A stretch of 64,000 bases of DNA from Tubulanus polymorphus (GCF_964204645.1 NC_134028.1:24920345-24984344); one strand, 5' to 3'; shown: positions 1 through 17,328, counted from the first letter of the stretch. Made by a program: numbers and translations. Notes: generated by a model from the sequence alone, not told the origin.

Positions 1-142
1 GATCCATTGGTGCTTCGTCTGCCCTGGATTTGCTTTCTGAGAAAATTTCTCAGAATATTGAAATCTGTAAAGTTTACCTGCTCATTTTTATGCACGCATT
101 TGCTGTGATGTTGATACCATATGAAATTTCTTACGCATACAG

Positions 143-4497
<4,355 letters not shown>

Positions 4498-5597
4498 TTC
4501 TCAGGCCAGTCAGCGCTTGGTACATGTCTTTACATGTAAATGAATTGCAAAGATAATCATCATTGCACGACAGTTATTTTGAGTCCTGAATTGATTCAAT
4601 GTGCTACATTTTCACGATTGCTTCTCATTAAATGATGCGGCATCTATTTTCAAAACTTATTTTCTATATTTTTATTATGTTAGTTTCATTAATTGATATT
4701 TTGTGCCAGATATCATGTATGGACATCGTAGATTATTTAGTAAATGAACTGTGATAATAAAACTAAGGATCTACACTGTAATCGGAACTGGATTTTTGTT
4801 ACTTTGCATTTATTCGTTTTAGCACACAATAGAAACATGCAAACCTGCTAGAAACCTCCATGGTTCAGCTCATCAGGTTATACTCTGTGAACTCCAGTCT
4901 ACTTGAAGGCACTTATGGTAATTCACCAACAAGCTTAAGTGTCTGTTACTACAGTGGTTCATAGGCTTTCGAGTCTCGCCTAGTAACGCATATACGACCC
5001 AAGCTCCTGGACTGGGTGAATTCTGGATTAAGAGTTTCTCGATATATACACAGCCTCAAGGGTCATTTCCATAGTCATGGCTTCAGCTTAATGCCAGTAT
5101 AAGACCATTGTTCTAGTTAGCCAATCTAACACATTAAGACCAGTCTCGACTGGAACCAGCCCCTAGTACTTAAACAATCTGTCTCCCATTACTGATTAAT
5201 GGTTTTAGAAGAGTTCAGGACATATCTAAAGACCCTTCTATACAGACAATGCTTTTGCTAAAGGAACGCATTTGAACCGCCGTGAATAAGATACATGAGC
5301 TGTTATGAATAACTTAATATTAGTTTTATTATCTATATGATTTAATATTTCAATTTTATTGTCTAGATAAATTATCAACGAAAATAAATGACTGACAGTT
5401 GAATAAAGTCTTTCAAACCACGCGGGCTCCTCACAACAGCCTTACAGTATCAATCAACTAAATCGCAGGAACAAGCTAAAAAAGTGAGAGAAAAGAGTCG
5501 ATTGTAAATGAAATCCTTTACAAATCTTATCAATGTTTGAGTGAATAGTGATTTTCTGGTCGCCTTAAGAATCAATGCAACGAGATTCCACTGATTC

Positions 5598-8500
5598 TTA
5601 AGTTAAGATTATCTGACAGTTTCAAATATCTTCACGGAAACAGTAACAGAATAGGAATGGCGATATTCTCGCGCTTACCGCAATTTGTCCCAGGAGGAAA
5701 GAGAACTCATTGGCAGCTGAACAAACCAGTTTGATCTTCTTGATTTTATCACCAATCATTTCGTTATCGATGGAATATCCGAATCTTTGTATAGAAAACA
5801 AAACAACAAAAGAATATCGCTGAGAATTTAGTTTATAAATTGAGAAAACTTGTGAAGCGTGGATGATAAAAAATTGGGTGCAGGGTGCAGGCATAAAAGC
5901 TATAATCATCTGTACCTAGTAATCCAATCATTCTCTTCAGTTTCACCAGATTTATTGCTGTTGTCGAATGTGATATTTTCAATACCATCGCGTTTTGAAT
6001 GTATTTCGAACTGAACGAACAAGTCACTTGAACGTCTACCGCCGCCGCTACTGATCTTCTTAAACGTGTAACTAAACTTCAACGCTTTGGAGATCTTTAT
6101 ATTGCACTTGAGTAATCTGAAATTGAGCGCGGAAAAAAATCTGAAATCGCGGTTGATACCACGCCCTCTATTGTGGTGAAAGTAAGTGAGCTTTTATACG
6201 AATAGGTTTTTATTGTCATAGTCGTTAAAAAGATGAAAGTATCTAAACCAATGATTTTGTGATATCTGGGACAAAACGATCCTCTAAACCGCCCATAATA
6301 GTTATTCCCACATGTCTTTATTTTTCGTATCTTAAATAACATGTTGTTACCCCCTCGACCCTGGTAGATGCGTACGATCTGCAAGAGTCTCAAAATTCAA
6401 ATCAAAATCAAGCAATCAAAAGAAGGATCAATTCCCCCATCGATTAATCAAGATAAAAAATTCTTACGTAATTTTTGTAGAGGTAACATCGTTTTGTCGC
6501 TGATGTGAAGTTCTACGTATTTGAATGGATCCACCTCCGTTGTAACCGTCGTCTGTGACCCAGTGTAGCTGTAAACCGGGCTGATCGTCTGCTGTATACT
6601 GACAGGTCGGTTGATATTGCTGCAGACTCAGGTTACACCACGGCTCGTCAGACACAACCTATTGATAGAGATTCCAAAAATTGACCGCTTCTCCCTACGT
6701 ACTTTTATCTACAGGTAATAGGGTGGCCACTTGCCCCATTCACAAATCCCTCCCCTGCAAGAAATATTGAAATTTTCTACTCACCTGCCCTGATTTGTGA
6801 AGCCTGTGACCCCAGCCTTGACAGAAAGAGGTCACCAAAGGCACTACTTCAGGACCGTGGATGTATAGACCAGGTTTCAACAAATTCCAGAATCTAGAAA
6901 TCAAAAGAAGGATTCATTTTACTCGTAAATATTCATAGAATTTGTGCGAAGTTCGTTTATGCAACTAACTTGATTTCGTTGTCAATAAAATCTTTCGGAT
7001 TGTGCTCATAAGTCCAACCGGGTGCGAATATCGCTACTGATAAATCATGTTCCCTAATCGCAGAAAGTGCCTGAAAATCAAACAAACATAAATATCAGGC
7101 GAAGTTATCCGTTGTCCGAACTCCTCAGATTATCTATATTATACGCAGCTTACCCTGCACCGACATTCAGGCCCGTATCGTGGCTGATTTTATGGGCAGT
7201 TCACTTTTGTTAAAATGTGGACATTTATTGACAGGCGCCAGTTAAACGCCCGAGTGATGTCAAGACCTCAATGTTTCGAGGCAAGCACACTCGTAAGGCG
7301 GCTTCCTATGGAGTTCAATGCCATTCCTGTACCAGTAGGCAGTATAGGGCTATAGGACCAAGAGTACATAGGACAAGTCGAAAACGATTTATCTAACTTC
7401 TGAAAATACATTTTCCAAACGCAAACTTTCATTTATAGGAGTTTGGGAAGTTTACCAGAACCCTCTTAAACCCTCCTTCCACAACAAGTTACAACACCAC
7501 CAGGTCTCCTGACATCTCCACCCATGATAAACATTTTACCCTCAACCCCATCAACATTTCATCGCCATATGCCGATGCGAAGATTGTATATAACTGTTTA
7601 GTTCTTACTTGATTTGAATTAAAGCCGCCTCCCCCTGGACAACCACGTCCAAAAACATCGACACCGACGTAAACATCTCTGAATCGTTCGGCAGCCAGTT
7701 CAACCGTGTCGGGAAAATCTGAACTTTTCCAAGTATAGTTGAGGAATATACCATCGCATACATCGAAATAGCATCTAAATAAGACATGGTAACGACCTAC
7801 ATTATTCAGGAGAACATGAAAGAGATCTTTATATCTTTAGGACTTCTCTCCGTAACGTTTTACATAAATCTTTAGTATTCACCGAGCGGTTTATACCGAG
7901 TTGGCAGGTACCACTAAGTCAATGTTAGATACCGATTTGAATGATTTTAACACAAGGGTTGATTGAACATTGGTCCACGCTGCAGATTGATCAGCGTAAA
8001 ACGTACTTATTTCTATGGTTAAGTTTATTTTGCCATTTGAGTGCACCGGTATCTGTCACGCTGTCGTACCAAATGACTTCGTAGTTCGGATTCAAGGCGT
8101 GTAATTTCGTCGTCAAACATTTCACGAAACCGACCAGAGCCGCAACTTGACCTTTCTAAGAGAAAAACCAACGAAATGAACACGAGCATTTTTAATGAAC
8201 GTGAAAAATGCATTCAGAACCTGGTGGAATCTGTTTTCAGCCGTGGCTAGCGGATCGTTGAACAGGGAGTTGTCTGCCTGAGATTTTGGAAAAGTGCCCT
8301 TCTTGCAACTGCCCTTTTTTTGAGATTCACTGCCCCCCAATTCAAATACTAGATACAACTCTGATGCCAAATACAGTAAACGGCATCAACTAAAACGGGC
8401 AATCTGGGACTGGCAAAATCGATCAGAGCGTGGACATATAAACATGAGGTAATGTCATGAGCGACCCAGTTCAACAGTTGTGAGTTAGAGTTAACTCTGA

Positions 8501-9815
8501 GTTAAACTTAGTTCATTTTCAATGTTTTAACCCAGGGTCAAATCTTAAGTTAAGGATCGGTCAATAATACGTCAAGTCAGAAACTAATTTTTGTTCCAGT
8601 TTGTTTGACGTCAGAGTTTGCCGTGTCAAGGTTTACTGTACGGTTATCAGTAGTAGGCGGAATTACCGACAAATCCTACATACATCGATTTTATTTTCGA
8701 TATTTATCAACCAGCCTTCGAATCCATAAAACTCGACGATCGACACCAACTTATCGACTACCGGCTCGAAATCTTCGAGTAATCGTCGACATCGTTCGGC
8801 ACCTTCATCCCATTCCGTTATTATTGTGCCTGAAACAGAACAAATTCAAGTGGAAGCAGCGGATGATATTCATTCCTTATCGTACTGCCAAGTGCGGATC
8901 CAGATGCCTGCTGTCACCACTGTAGTGGGTACTCCTCAATTTTTCAAACTGTTTCCAAAATGATTTTATGTGGAAAACATTCAAATAATAAAAGAAATCT
9001 TAATATCAATTTTTTCCAGTTTCCTTCTATCTTAAAATACCTGTTATAGAAATTTAAAAAATGTTTTTTTCCTTTCACCCTATTATTTTTTTCTTGAAAA
9101 AATCTGTGCTTCAAAAAATCAAAAGCAGGGCATACAGAATAATATATGGGACAAAAATTTTGACTTAGAGTGAATAGTATCTGACCTTATGGGTTAGACA
9201 GTTTTGGGAAGAGTGGCTAGAATGCTAGAAACTTACCCAAAACTTTTACCCCGTTGGTATGAGCGGCATTCACCCAACAAGGCGGTGGAATAGTTATAAA
9301 ATGATGACTGAAGTAAACGAATGTATCTATAAACTGCCAATTGTGGAAGTAATAACCATCAATTTTGTTGGTTCCATCAACATACCTACAGTAAAATCAG
9401 TAATGATAATTTCTACAACTATAGGAAGTAAAAGAAAAATCGATAAATTTGAAACAACGTCCACAAATATGTTTCACTATCAAAAAAGGGGCAAGACTCC
9501 AGCAAGGTTGAGTATTTTTAGCGTTTTTAAGACGTAGTGTAGCCTACAGAAAACGGTTTGGGATAAATCTGGCTAAATTTTGAGACATAGGCCTATGTTC
9601 ACATTCCGCAACTTTTTTTCTTACTTATCATCCAAATAGCCACCCTTAAAGTCGTGGCACATCAACGTTTTTGCTTTTGATTTCGTTTTGGAAGACCTGC
9701 TGGTATTGTTGTTGTTGCATTTCAATGATACTCGCGCTCTACATAGTTCGTCATTATGACAAGGTTTCCATGAAGATAACTGATCGAGATTATAAAGGGG
9801 CGATATGGTTGCCAT
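5598..9815 (-). CDS. ENGASE: Cytosolic endo-beta-N-acetylglucosaminidase (GH85), ~507 aa, 11 exons
   Basis: Exons 9815-9625, 9385-9237, 8829-8684, 8155-8007, 7774-7609, 7070-6970, 6893-6785, 6658-6468, 6116-5916, 5784-5679 and a probable short last exon 5612-5598 (acceptor uncertain). Motifs: CHDFKGGYLDD, FVYFSHH..IPPPCWVNAAH, catalytic GWLINIEN, WYDSV..G.LKWQN, VYVGVDVFGRG, AIFAPGW. Confidence 0.95.
8464..8552. mobile_element. MITE family A, partial copy in an ENGase intron
   Basis: acccagttcaacagttgtgagttagagttaactctgagttaaacttagttcattttcaatgttttaac matches 31134-31244. Confidence 0.75.
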
Positions 9816-9900
9816 ATCATTCGCGATCCTTTTATTTCACTTTCAGTCGTTACTTAAAAACCTGTCAATATATCGTTGAAAGAGAAAGTAATAAAATATA

Positions 9901-10000
9901 TTGAATTTGGAATTATTTCCGGGTCCACGCAGCCTCTGTCACCGCGCGTATTCCCTAAATCGCAGTCTGGGCCTGACACTAAAATCCGGATTCGGATTTA
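9901..10000. repeat. Imperfect ~100-bp direct repeat, copy 1 (just upstream of the ENGase ATG)
   Basis: ttgaatttg..gggtccacgcagcctctgtcaccgcgcgtattccctaaatcgcagtctggg..aaaatccggattcggatt aligns by eye with 12308-12410. Confidence 0.8.
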
Positions 10001-10481
10001 GCCTTGGCGGCGGGCAGCTCACATGAAGTGCTCGATATCTAACGGTCTTATTCAGGAAGGGAACGATGAAAAACCAATCCTGCCCACTCCAACGATCAAA
10101 TCCCAAAAATCGAATTAAAGAACCTGAACAAATGTAACACGATTTTCCTTCAGTTTTGGAGTCCAGTAGCCACTTTCAAATCCTCAGCACCACTGCCTGG
10201 GTCGGTCGTGGACAGCCTTACATAAGAATTTCAAAAAAATTTCCATCAATAAGGAACGACGAATACATGAATAACTCATCAATTATTTATTCAAATCTAA
10301 TTGATATTCAGAAACCATATAATTATTCACATTAGTTAGTAACAACAATTTTACTTTGAGCCAGGGGCTGCAGATGCTCAAAAGTTTGTTAAGAGTTTAC
10401 CGATGGACAGTTGACACAGTGACTATTAAATAGCCATTGTAATAGACTGAAAGGTGTATCGAAAGGTTGTAGGTTTACAGA

Positions 10482-12203
10482 TTATTTGGACGGATTTTTC
10501 TGTGAAAACAACAAACGTTTTTTCCCGATACACTCGACCGGGAATTTAAATCCACCGACAGCTCTCACTTCAGAGCTGTAAAATTTGATCGATTCAAAAA
10601 AACCGATTCCTCCGCCTCGATTAGCCGCGCTCCGAAAACCACAAGGTGTAAACCCCGACAATATATCGGAATTCAACGATACAACAAACAAGTGCAAATT
10701 CAAAAAGAGCCATACTATTACCGCCGTTTCCTCTAAACCATTCGGAACTGGAATCAGGTTTAACTCTTCTGTGGATATAAGGACATCAGAGCGACTGTCA
10801 TACATGATAAGTTTGATTTTATCCTCAGTGATGAGGAAAGTTCTCGAAAAAGGGAAGCCTAAACGCTCACAGTGTCTATTCTTCTCTACAAATCCAAAAG
10901 TTATAGCTTGAGCAGAGGCCTGTTCATTGCAGTCTGCGATGAAATTACAAGCAAATTTTTCCTCGATATTAGTTCGATTATTTTCGGGTGAATCACTGTT
11001 TGGGTTTGTTTCGCACAGAACGGATACTTCGCTTAGGTCATCTTTAATTAGAATGTCTAATTCACCATGCCAGGTATCAGCAGAACCTGAAATATCGAAA
11101 TACGCTATATTTTTCAACTTTTCAGAGCTTAATCATTTAAAGAGGGTACTTTAGATGCCCACCTGGGAAAACCTGGATCATGCAGTACCGAAAATAAGTA
11201 GTGAAAATTAGACTAATTTTTCAAGATTTTTTGGAAAATGATGAATCCACCCTGGCTGCTGTATTCTATATTAAAGACCAACAGAACTTGAGGATTAGAA
11301 TAGATTACTAATCAAAACTGACTGCATAGGCTTTTCAGTGATACAGAGTCATGAATGAGATACTTACCAATACAGGTTTTTCCAAGAGAAGGACTTCTTC
11401 CACAGCCACAGCAACACTTAAATCCAGCGTGTTTTTCTGCTATTAAAGCGCATAATTTCAACTTGCCGAACAAGTGAACACTCAACAGTACCTGAAGGTC
11501 TCTTTTACACTTAACACGCTTCAGTCCGTCGCTCAAACACCTCGCATTATCTTGATCTCGCCAAAATCTTTGAAGATCATCAAAAGCTTTTTTTAAAGCA
11601 ACATTGTGTCGTTTTTTTTCTAACTGCAATGATACAATAAAAACAAGTCACACAGGTCATCCACACTGTGTATTTCGATATATGGCCGCGACTGTTGCCA
11701 CTTGGCTTGCTCAAAACCCAGATAAATGACATATATCTACCAGGAATATAGCCAAAAATAAGCTAATCCTAAAGATATCGGTAGAATAACAATGAAAACT
11801 TATCAGTCACTATTATGTAGCGTCAGGTACATTATCATTAGTTACTTTTCATCAACAAGCCCTGCACTGTCTCAAAAAAATATTTTGTCTATATCCAATG
11901 ACCAAAATTTGAGAAATTAAGACAAATATTGAAATAATCCCCTGCCTTTACCCACCCAAGCAGAAAATGAAAGCTACTTACCAACTGGGCTTTATCTAAA
12001 ATAAATGAATTCAGCGACTTCAACTTGACCGAATTTACGTCAATTGTTTCGAAAATTGATATTCGAGAGAACGGTCGAGGCGCAACTGACAACGTCTCTG
12101 CATTGAACTTCACATCGCCCACGATTATCTGGTCGTCGAAGTCGTACAGCTTTGACAAAATATCAGAATCCGATAATTTTGATCCGAATGGTAGGGCGGG
12201 CAT
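10482..12203 (-). CDS. Uncharacterised ~360-aa protein with a putative PD-(D/E)XK restriction-endonuclease-like domain (3 exons)
   Basis: Exons 12203-11982, 11623-11368 and 11086-10482 join in frame (1083 nt) with GT-AG sites. Motif series WHGELDILI...IEEK...EQASAQAITF resembles the D..ExK..QxxxQ pattern, preceded by a CCCGC cluster. The fold assignment is inference. Confidence 0.7.
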
Positions 12204-12307
12204 CTTAGCAAGGTTCGGAATATTTCAGATATCTCGTATCAATTGAGTAAGTACTGGAAGTTCCGAGTCACTGCCATGATTTCAAATTGAACCGCAAATA
12301 AATTGTG

Positions 12308-12410
12308 TTGAATTTGTATTTTTTTTAGGATCCACACGGCCTCGGTCACGGTGGTATTCCCTAAATCACAGCCTGGGACGTACGTTAAAAACCGGATTCA
12401 GATTGTATAC
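12308..12410. repeat. Imperfect ~100-bp direct repeat, copy 2 (upstream of the nuclease-like gene)
   Basis: ttgaatttg..ggatccacacggcctcggtcacggtggtattccctaaatcacagcctggg..aaaaaccggattcagatt matches 9901-10000. Confidence 0.8.
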
Positions 12411-13055
12411 TGTACGGGCGCCGGGGCCGAGCCGCACTGCGTGCGATTCTCGAACCGAACTCATTTTGTGTCATTCAAGACTGAATCCTTCACTTCACCG
12501 AGAATTCACTTCACTTCACTGAATCCTTCACCGAGCAATGAAATAAAACTGATTTTCATTCTCTTATACTCTCTTTAGAAGCTGTGCACGACACGCTTTT
12601 CGCCGACACATTATGACCTGTCCCGGTCTGGAAAGGCGATAGCCAGGAACAAGCCGTGAAAAAAGAAAAGAAAAATATACCAATCGGTCGCTAGATATTT
12701 TATATTTTGTATGAATAGAATGTTCCCTTTGGTTGGGGAACCATTGAAGAGAATGACATCTAGGGAAAGTGTATGCCGGAACTCATTCGTTTATAACGCG
12801 TTTTCTTTGGGGCGCCGATACCACTGTGGCAAGCGAGGACTCTGTGAGGATCCAACCGGGTTCAATGACTCGTTTAATAGTATGTATTTGGTTTTAGGAG
12901 GAGGCTTCCTCAAAACGAACTCATTTTCTGATAGAAAGTCCCAAAAGGTTTAAATTTCAACGTTTCGATTATATCCTAAATCCATCTTTAGAAATGTGGG
13001 ATTTTCAATGGCGTTGTGTTTCATCAAAGGTGAATACAGCTCCACTGGTATCTCC

Positions 13056-15383
13056 TTATAGCACAGTTCCGCTGTCGATGGTTAGAAGTCGGTCAATTTC
13101 ATCCGGGAGAATCCGCACATGTTCCGCTTCGCCATCGTTTGTCGTTCCGTCGGAGTCCGGGTATTCAGTTATCGTAACGACCGGTCTTACTTGTCGGTGG
13201 CGATCCAGTAGACTACCGCCGTCTGCAGGCCGACATCTCGCGCTGTCCAAACTACAAAACGAACCGCGCGATTCCAAATCGAATTCGCTGCTCGCCTCGC
13301 GAATATTGTTATCCGCTTTGATAACGACGGTAGATAGCGCTCGGAAGTATCTCGGATGGCATTCTTTCGATATGCTTTTCGTGCGATACACTTCCTTATT
13401 CAAAGCTTTCATCACCGACGGCCGGTAGGCTTTTACTAGTTGATGAATTCGGTAGTTCTGATAGTCGAGTTTCAGCTGGTTGGCTTGTTCGTTGGCGAAC
13501 ATCTCGCTGAGCTGCGGAACAAGCGTGGCGCAAAGCGTGATCACCGATGTCAACACTAACGTGATTTCGCTGCGTTCGTCTTCCTCCTGATTGAAAACGG
13601 TCATCGTGAACATAACCAGACAAATGAACAACAACGAACCGAACAAACCCAAGACGGCTTTCTTCAGATTCTCCCGAAACGGGCTCAATTCGTTGCAGAT
13701 GTAAAAGAACAGCTTGCGCTGCACCATCGGCACGTGATTTTCATCGTTAAAAACGATCACTTTATCACCGCGGATCCAATCGTAATAACACGTTACTCGA
13801 TCTTGATCGTGCATCACTTGTTTCTCGTGGTCGTGGTATTCCAGTCTCGACGTAGTAATGAATTTGCCTTTGTTCGCGTTGATTTCCTCGGATAAACTTT
13901 CCTTGAAAATCGTCCTCTGTATTTCGGTGTACGTGCTTTTCATGTTAGCGAACATCTTGAAGACGTAGTACGCAACCATACCCAATCCCGTCAACCAAGG
14001 CGTCATTATATCGATATTGATTACTAGGCCGCTCAAAACGTAAATTATAATGTGAAATATACTGTAAGTAACGGTGAAACTACCGATGAATATGGTCACC
14101 GACAAACATTTGACTAAACGCTCGATTATCTTCTCCAGATTCGCGATCAACGACACGCTTTGTTTTTCTATGCAAAGCACGACCATAATTCGAACCAGTA
14201 AACGTCGGATGCAGGCCACTTCCGTCAACCACCACCACGCGACCAAGAGCAGGTTGAAGAAAGCGATAGCCAAAAGGCAGACGCCAATCTTATACGGCCA
14301 GTGCAGTTTTGTTGTTAACGACCAGGCAATCGGCATGCTTCTTAAATTGAAAGATATTTTGTCTGTAGTGTTTAGATAGTCTAGGATGTAGGGTATGTGC
14401 GAGTATTGATAAAGCCACATTCCTATCAGTCCGTACTGCACCAAAAACACAGCCGTAAAAGATAACTTATTTGAACAGACATTCATTCGCACGTTACAAA
14501 ATGTCCACACCGACACGGCTGCGTCGTAAGCCAACAGGTTTCTAGGCTCTACCAGTATCGTCTGACCAGACATCGGACCTTGATCTCCCTTTATCCGATA
14601 GTGATTTATTTTCACGTGTCTGTTAGTCAGGTAACTAGCGATACCGTGCGAGTAGCGATTCGGATGAAAATCGGGCCAAAGGAAAATCAAATACAGAGCA
14701 ATCACGGGTAGGATGATACCGACTGAAAACATTATTTTTCGTATGGTTACGTGTTTTTCGTGTGAGGTCGGCGCGCACATGTCGTTAGTAACGTTTAACA
14801 CGTCGTCCATACAACAGTCCATCCCTATTCCGACCATACCGCCGCCTACAAACGATTCGTGAGTGAAAGCGCTTCTGCAAATGAACGAATTCTGTCGATC
14901 TCGCGATAGTTTCACCAGTAATTCGTATATCAACGCATATCGACATTTATAATGAAGCCCCATCAGACATTTCTGCGGCGTTTCCGCAATTTCTAAATTC
15001 ATTTCTTTGACTTTAAGCGATAGTAGTCCGAGCGATAGTATGTCGTAATCGATGGGCATGTCTAAGATGAATTTACCCTTTTCCGACATCCACATCCACC
15101 AGTTCGGGTTGAAAGTTAAATCCGCTCCGTGAACTTCCAATTCCGGTCCCTTCAAGTGGAAATAGACTAAGTGGGCGTTGACGTGGATTAGGTGTTCGAA
15201 TTTACTGCTCGTGTTGGCGCCATCTATTATGGTTAAGTTGCACGGATGCGATTGATAATCGAGTTTACATTGTTCCACAACATGACTGGAAAATGTGTAT
15301 AAACCATTTGAAAAAGTCAAAGATGAATAACAAATCAATACGAACAGCATTGATGGGAATGCCACAGTATCCGGGAACAACAT
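13056..15383 (-). CDS. Uncharacterised 775-aa multi-pass membrane protein with a single coding exon
   Basis: Uninterrupted 2.3-kb ORF. N-terminal signal-like segment, Cys-containing ~190-aa ectodomain with NxS/T sequons, about 7-8 hydrophobic segments and a C-terminal -TVL. An acceptor ttttacag lies 4 nt before the ATG, and a candidate 5'UTR donor lies near 15881. Confidence 0.85.
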   Translation of the reverse strand: MLFPDTVAFPSMLFVLICYSSLTFSNGLYTFSSHVVEQCKLDYQSHPCNLTIIDGANTSSKFEHLIHVNAHLVYFHLKGPELEVHGADLTFNPNWWMWMSEKGKFILDMPIDYDILSLGLLSLKVKEMNLEIAETPQKCLMGLHYKCRYALIYELLVKLSRDRQNSFICRSAFTHESFVGGGMVGIGMDCCMDDVLNVTNDMCAPTSHEKHVTIRKIMFSVGIILPVIALYLIFLWPDFHPNRYSHGIASYLTNRHVKINHYRIKGDQGPMSGQTILVEPRNLLAYDAAVSVWTFCNVRMNVCSNKLSFTAVFLVQYGLIGMWLYQYSHIPYILDYLNTTDKISFNLRSMPIAWSLTTKLHWPYKIGVCLLAIAFFNLLLVAWWWLTEVACIRRLLVRIMVVLCIEKQSVSLIANLEKIIERLVKCLSVTIFIGSFTVTYSIFHIIIYVLSGLVINIDIMTPWLTGLGMVAYYVFKMFANMKSTYTEIQRTIFKESLSEEINANKGKFITTSRLEYHDHEKQVMHDQDRVTCYYDWIRGDKVIVFNDENHVPMVQRKLFFYICNELSPFRENLKKAVLGLFGSLLFICLVMFTMTVFNQEEDERSEITLVLTSVITLCATLVPQLSEMFANEQANQLKLDYQNYRIHQLVKAYRPSVMKALNKEVYRTKSISKECHPRYFRALSTVVIKADNNIREASSEFDLESRGSFCSLDSARCRPADGGSLLDRHRQVRPVVTITEYPDSDGTTNDGEAEHVRILPDEIDRLLTIDSGTVL

Positions 15384-17193
15384 AGTCCTGTAAAAGATGA
15401 CATCAAAAGACGTTTATAATGTAACATGAAATGACTCTTTGACATCAAATGTAGCATGACGCTTTGGCGATACACTAAAATATCAAAAATAGATGGCAGA
15501 GGTATATTTTCGGCTATAAAGTTTTGTTAATGTCCCGTTAACAGAAACTTAGATCAATTCAAACTTTTTTAACGACCTCAGAACCTCCAGATCAAAATAG
15601 TCAGTGTACCACAGACAATAAGGCACGGACGCTTTTGGATATTGAACTGGGAAGGTTGGATACACTAGGATCGTTAAGTTACGGAGAGTACGGTGAATAC
15701 AACTTCAGGACTGAGTGAAGAGACGTCAGCTGCCCATCTGTACTGGCCATTTTAAGACTTATATCAAGCATATATACTACCAAAACTGACCGAGCCATGG
15801 CATCTGATGTTCGTTCAAACAGAGTTGCAATAGACATTAGTCCGTTCAACTAGTGCACCGTCTCCAATGAGAGGACCTTACCTTTTTCTTCAGTGGCGGA
15901 CGTAGCTCCAATTAGTCTGACGCTAGTATCCCCGACTTAGAAATAGTAATTTCAACTGCTTTCATGACACTGTCTTCACTTTTCCTTTTTGTAAATATTT
16001 GCTGAAATGCTTGTTCGCAATGTTACAGCACGCGCTCACCTATTATACAGGAGGTTTTCTACTTTAAATATGCTGCCGCGTTCATCTGCATCGCATTATA
16101 AGCAGTAGAAACGATAAATTCTCGTAACTTTTAAAATCATTACGAAATCATTTACATGTTACTCATATTTGTTTTTCATATACATGGTTTTCAAGTACGC
16201 CTAGCGCCAGATTGTTTCCTTACAAACATCGTTATATATAATATTATTCACAATTTGATTAATGGTTTTTCTCGGATGTGTCAGATTTTGACTCGCTTTT
16301 CGTTCTGGAGTTTACCGTCGATGGATCGATTTAATTACGACGCAAAAGATGTAGATTGAGGGTGAAAATAGAGATATAGGATAGAAGAGGGTAGGACAAG
16401 AGTGAATATAGAATTAGTGAGCTATAGGTAGGGGAGATGTGAGATAAGACATAAGTCATACACCTACAGATCAGCACCTGGAATCCCAAAAACTGGTTTC
16501 AAAGATCGGTCTTAACATTGAACTCGGTGTTAAGTCAGTTGCATTCAATATAATTGAACTGCAAATTATAGGCCTATAGCATAGCGGTTTCTTATTTGTT
16601 TCACACAATCAAATACACTCAAGAAGTCGTTACACTACTTCGTCTCTGTTGCTATCTTTAAGTCGTCATTTTTTCGAGTCTCAATTCGTATTCGCAATCC
16701 GATGAGTGAAAGTCGTAATTAAGACATCGTTAGTCAGTAACATATTGATCGTCCCAATCTACGACGATTTGAAGTGAGTAGAATCTGCGCCATATTGCTT
16801 GCAAACATTCTACGTTGTCGCAGAATGTTCAATTCAGAATTTAGATAGTCGTAAATTACCTAATTGATAGACAAAAAAGGGTGAACGACCAATACATATT
16901 TAAAAGACCAGACATTACACATTGATACGTGCATTAATTACCATATAGATTTTACTTATATTCATTGACGTTTATAACGTGAACGTATTCATTTTTTATT
17001 CATTCATACTTTGCATTTCACGCGTTTGAGCCATGAAGAAAACATTAGATTGCTGTTTCATTTCTCCCCCGGCCTTTCAACTAACTAGCTAGAATGAAAC
17101 GATATCATCGTATCGCTCAGAACTCTGAAAGGGCACATAGATCCAGTTTCAGAATTTCAAAAGTACAGACTCTAAAGTTTATTAGTTTATTAG

Positions 17194-17328
17194 GTTTTGC
17201 TAGGGCGCTAAAACGAATTTTATGGAGCAAAAATGAAAAAACATAGAGCAAAAACGAATGTTTTCGTTTTTGCTCTATAATATTTCGTTTTTGCGCGGTT
17301 AAATTCGTTTTTGCGCCCTAGCAAAAAC
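17194..17328. repeat. Foldback/palindromic element built from gcaaaaacgaa subrepeats
   Basis: gttttgctagggcgctaaaacgaattt ... aaattcgtttttgcgccctagcaaaaac, with an internal tagagcaaaaacgaa / ttcgtttttgctcta pair. A further subrepeat runs to ~17370. Confidence 0.8.

Noticed and set aside
6097-6393. 98-aa ORF as a possible ENGase exon
   Set aside because: The in-phase exon starts at 6116; this ORF is mostly intronic and ends in a stop.
8025-8213. 62-aa ORF with a signal-peptide-like start (MHFSRSLKMLVFISLVFLL...)
   Set aside because: It is an alternative frame over an ENGase intron polypyrimidine tract and exon 8155-8007, which encodes VIWYDSV..LKWQN.
12239-12277. Upstream ATG (MAVTRNFQYLLN*) as the start of the nuclease-like gene
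   Set aside because: It is out of frame, and the main frame has a TGA at 12227-12225. It could be a uORF or a decayed N-terminus, but this cannot be supported here.
12994-14379. Plus-strand ORFs of 101-144 aa
   Set aside because: Antisense shadows of the 775-aa CDS.
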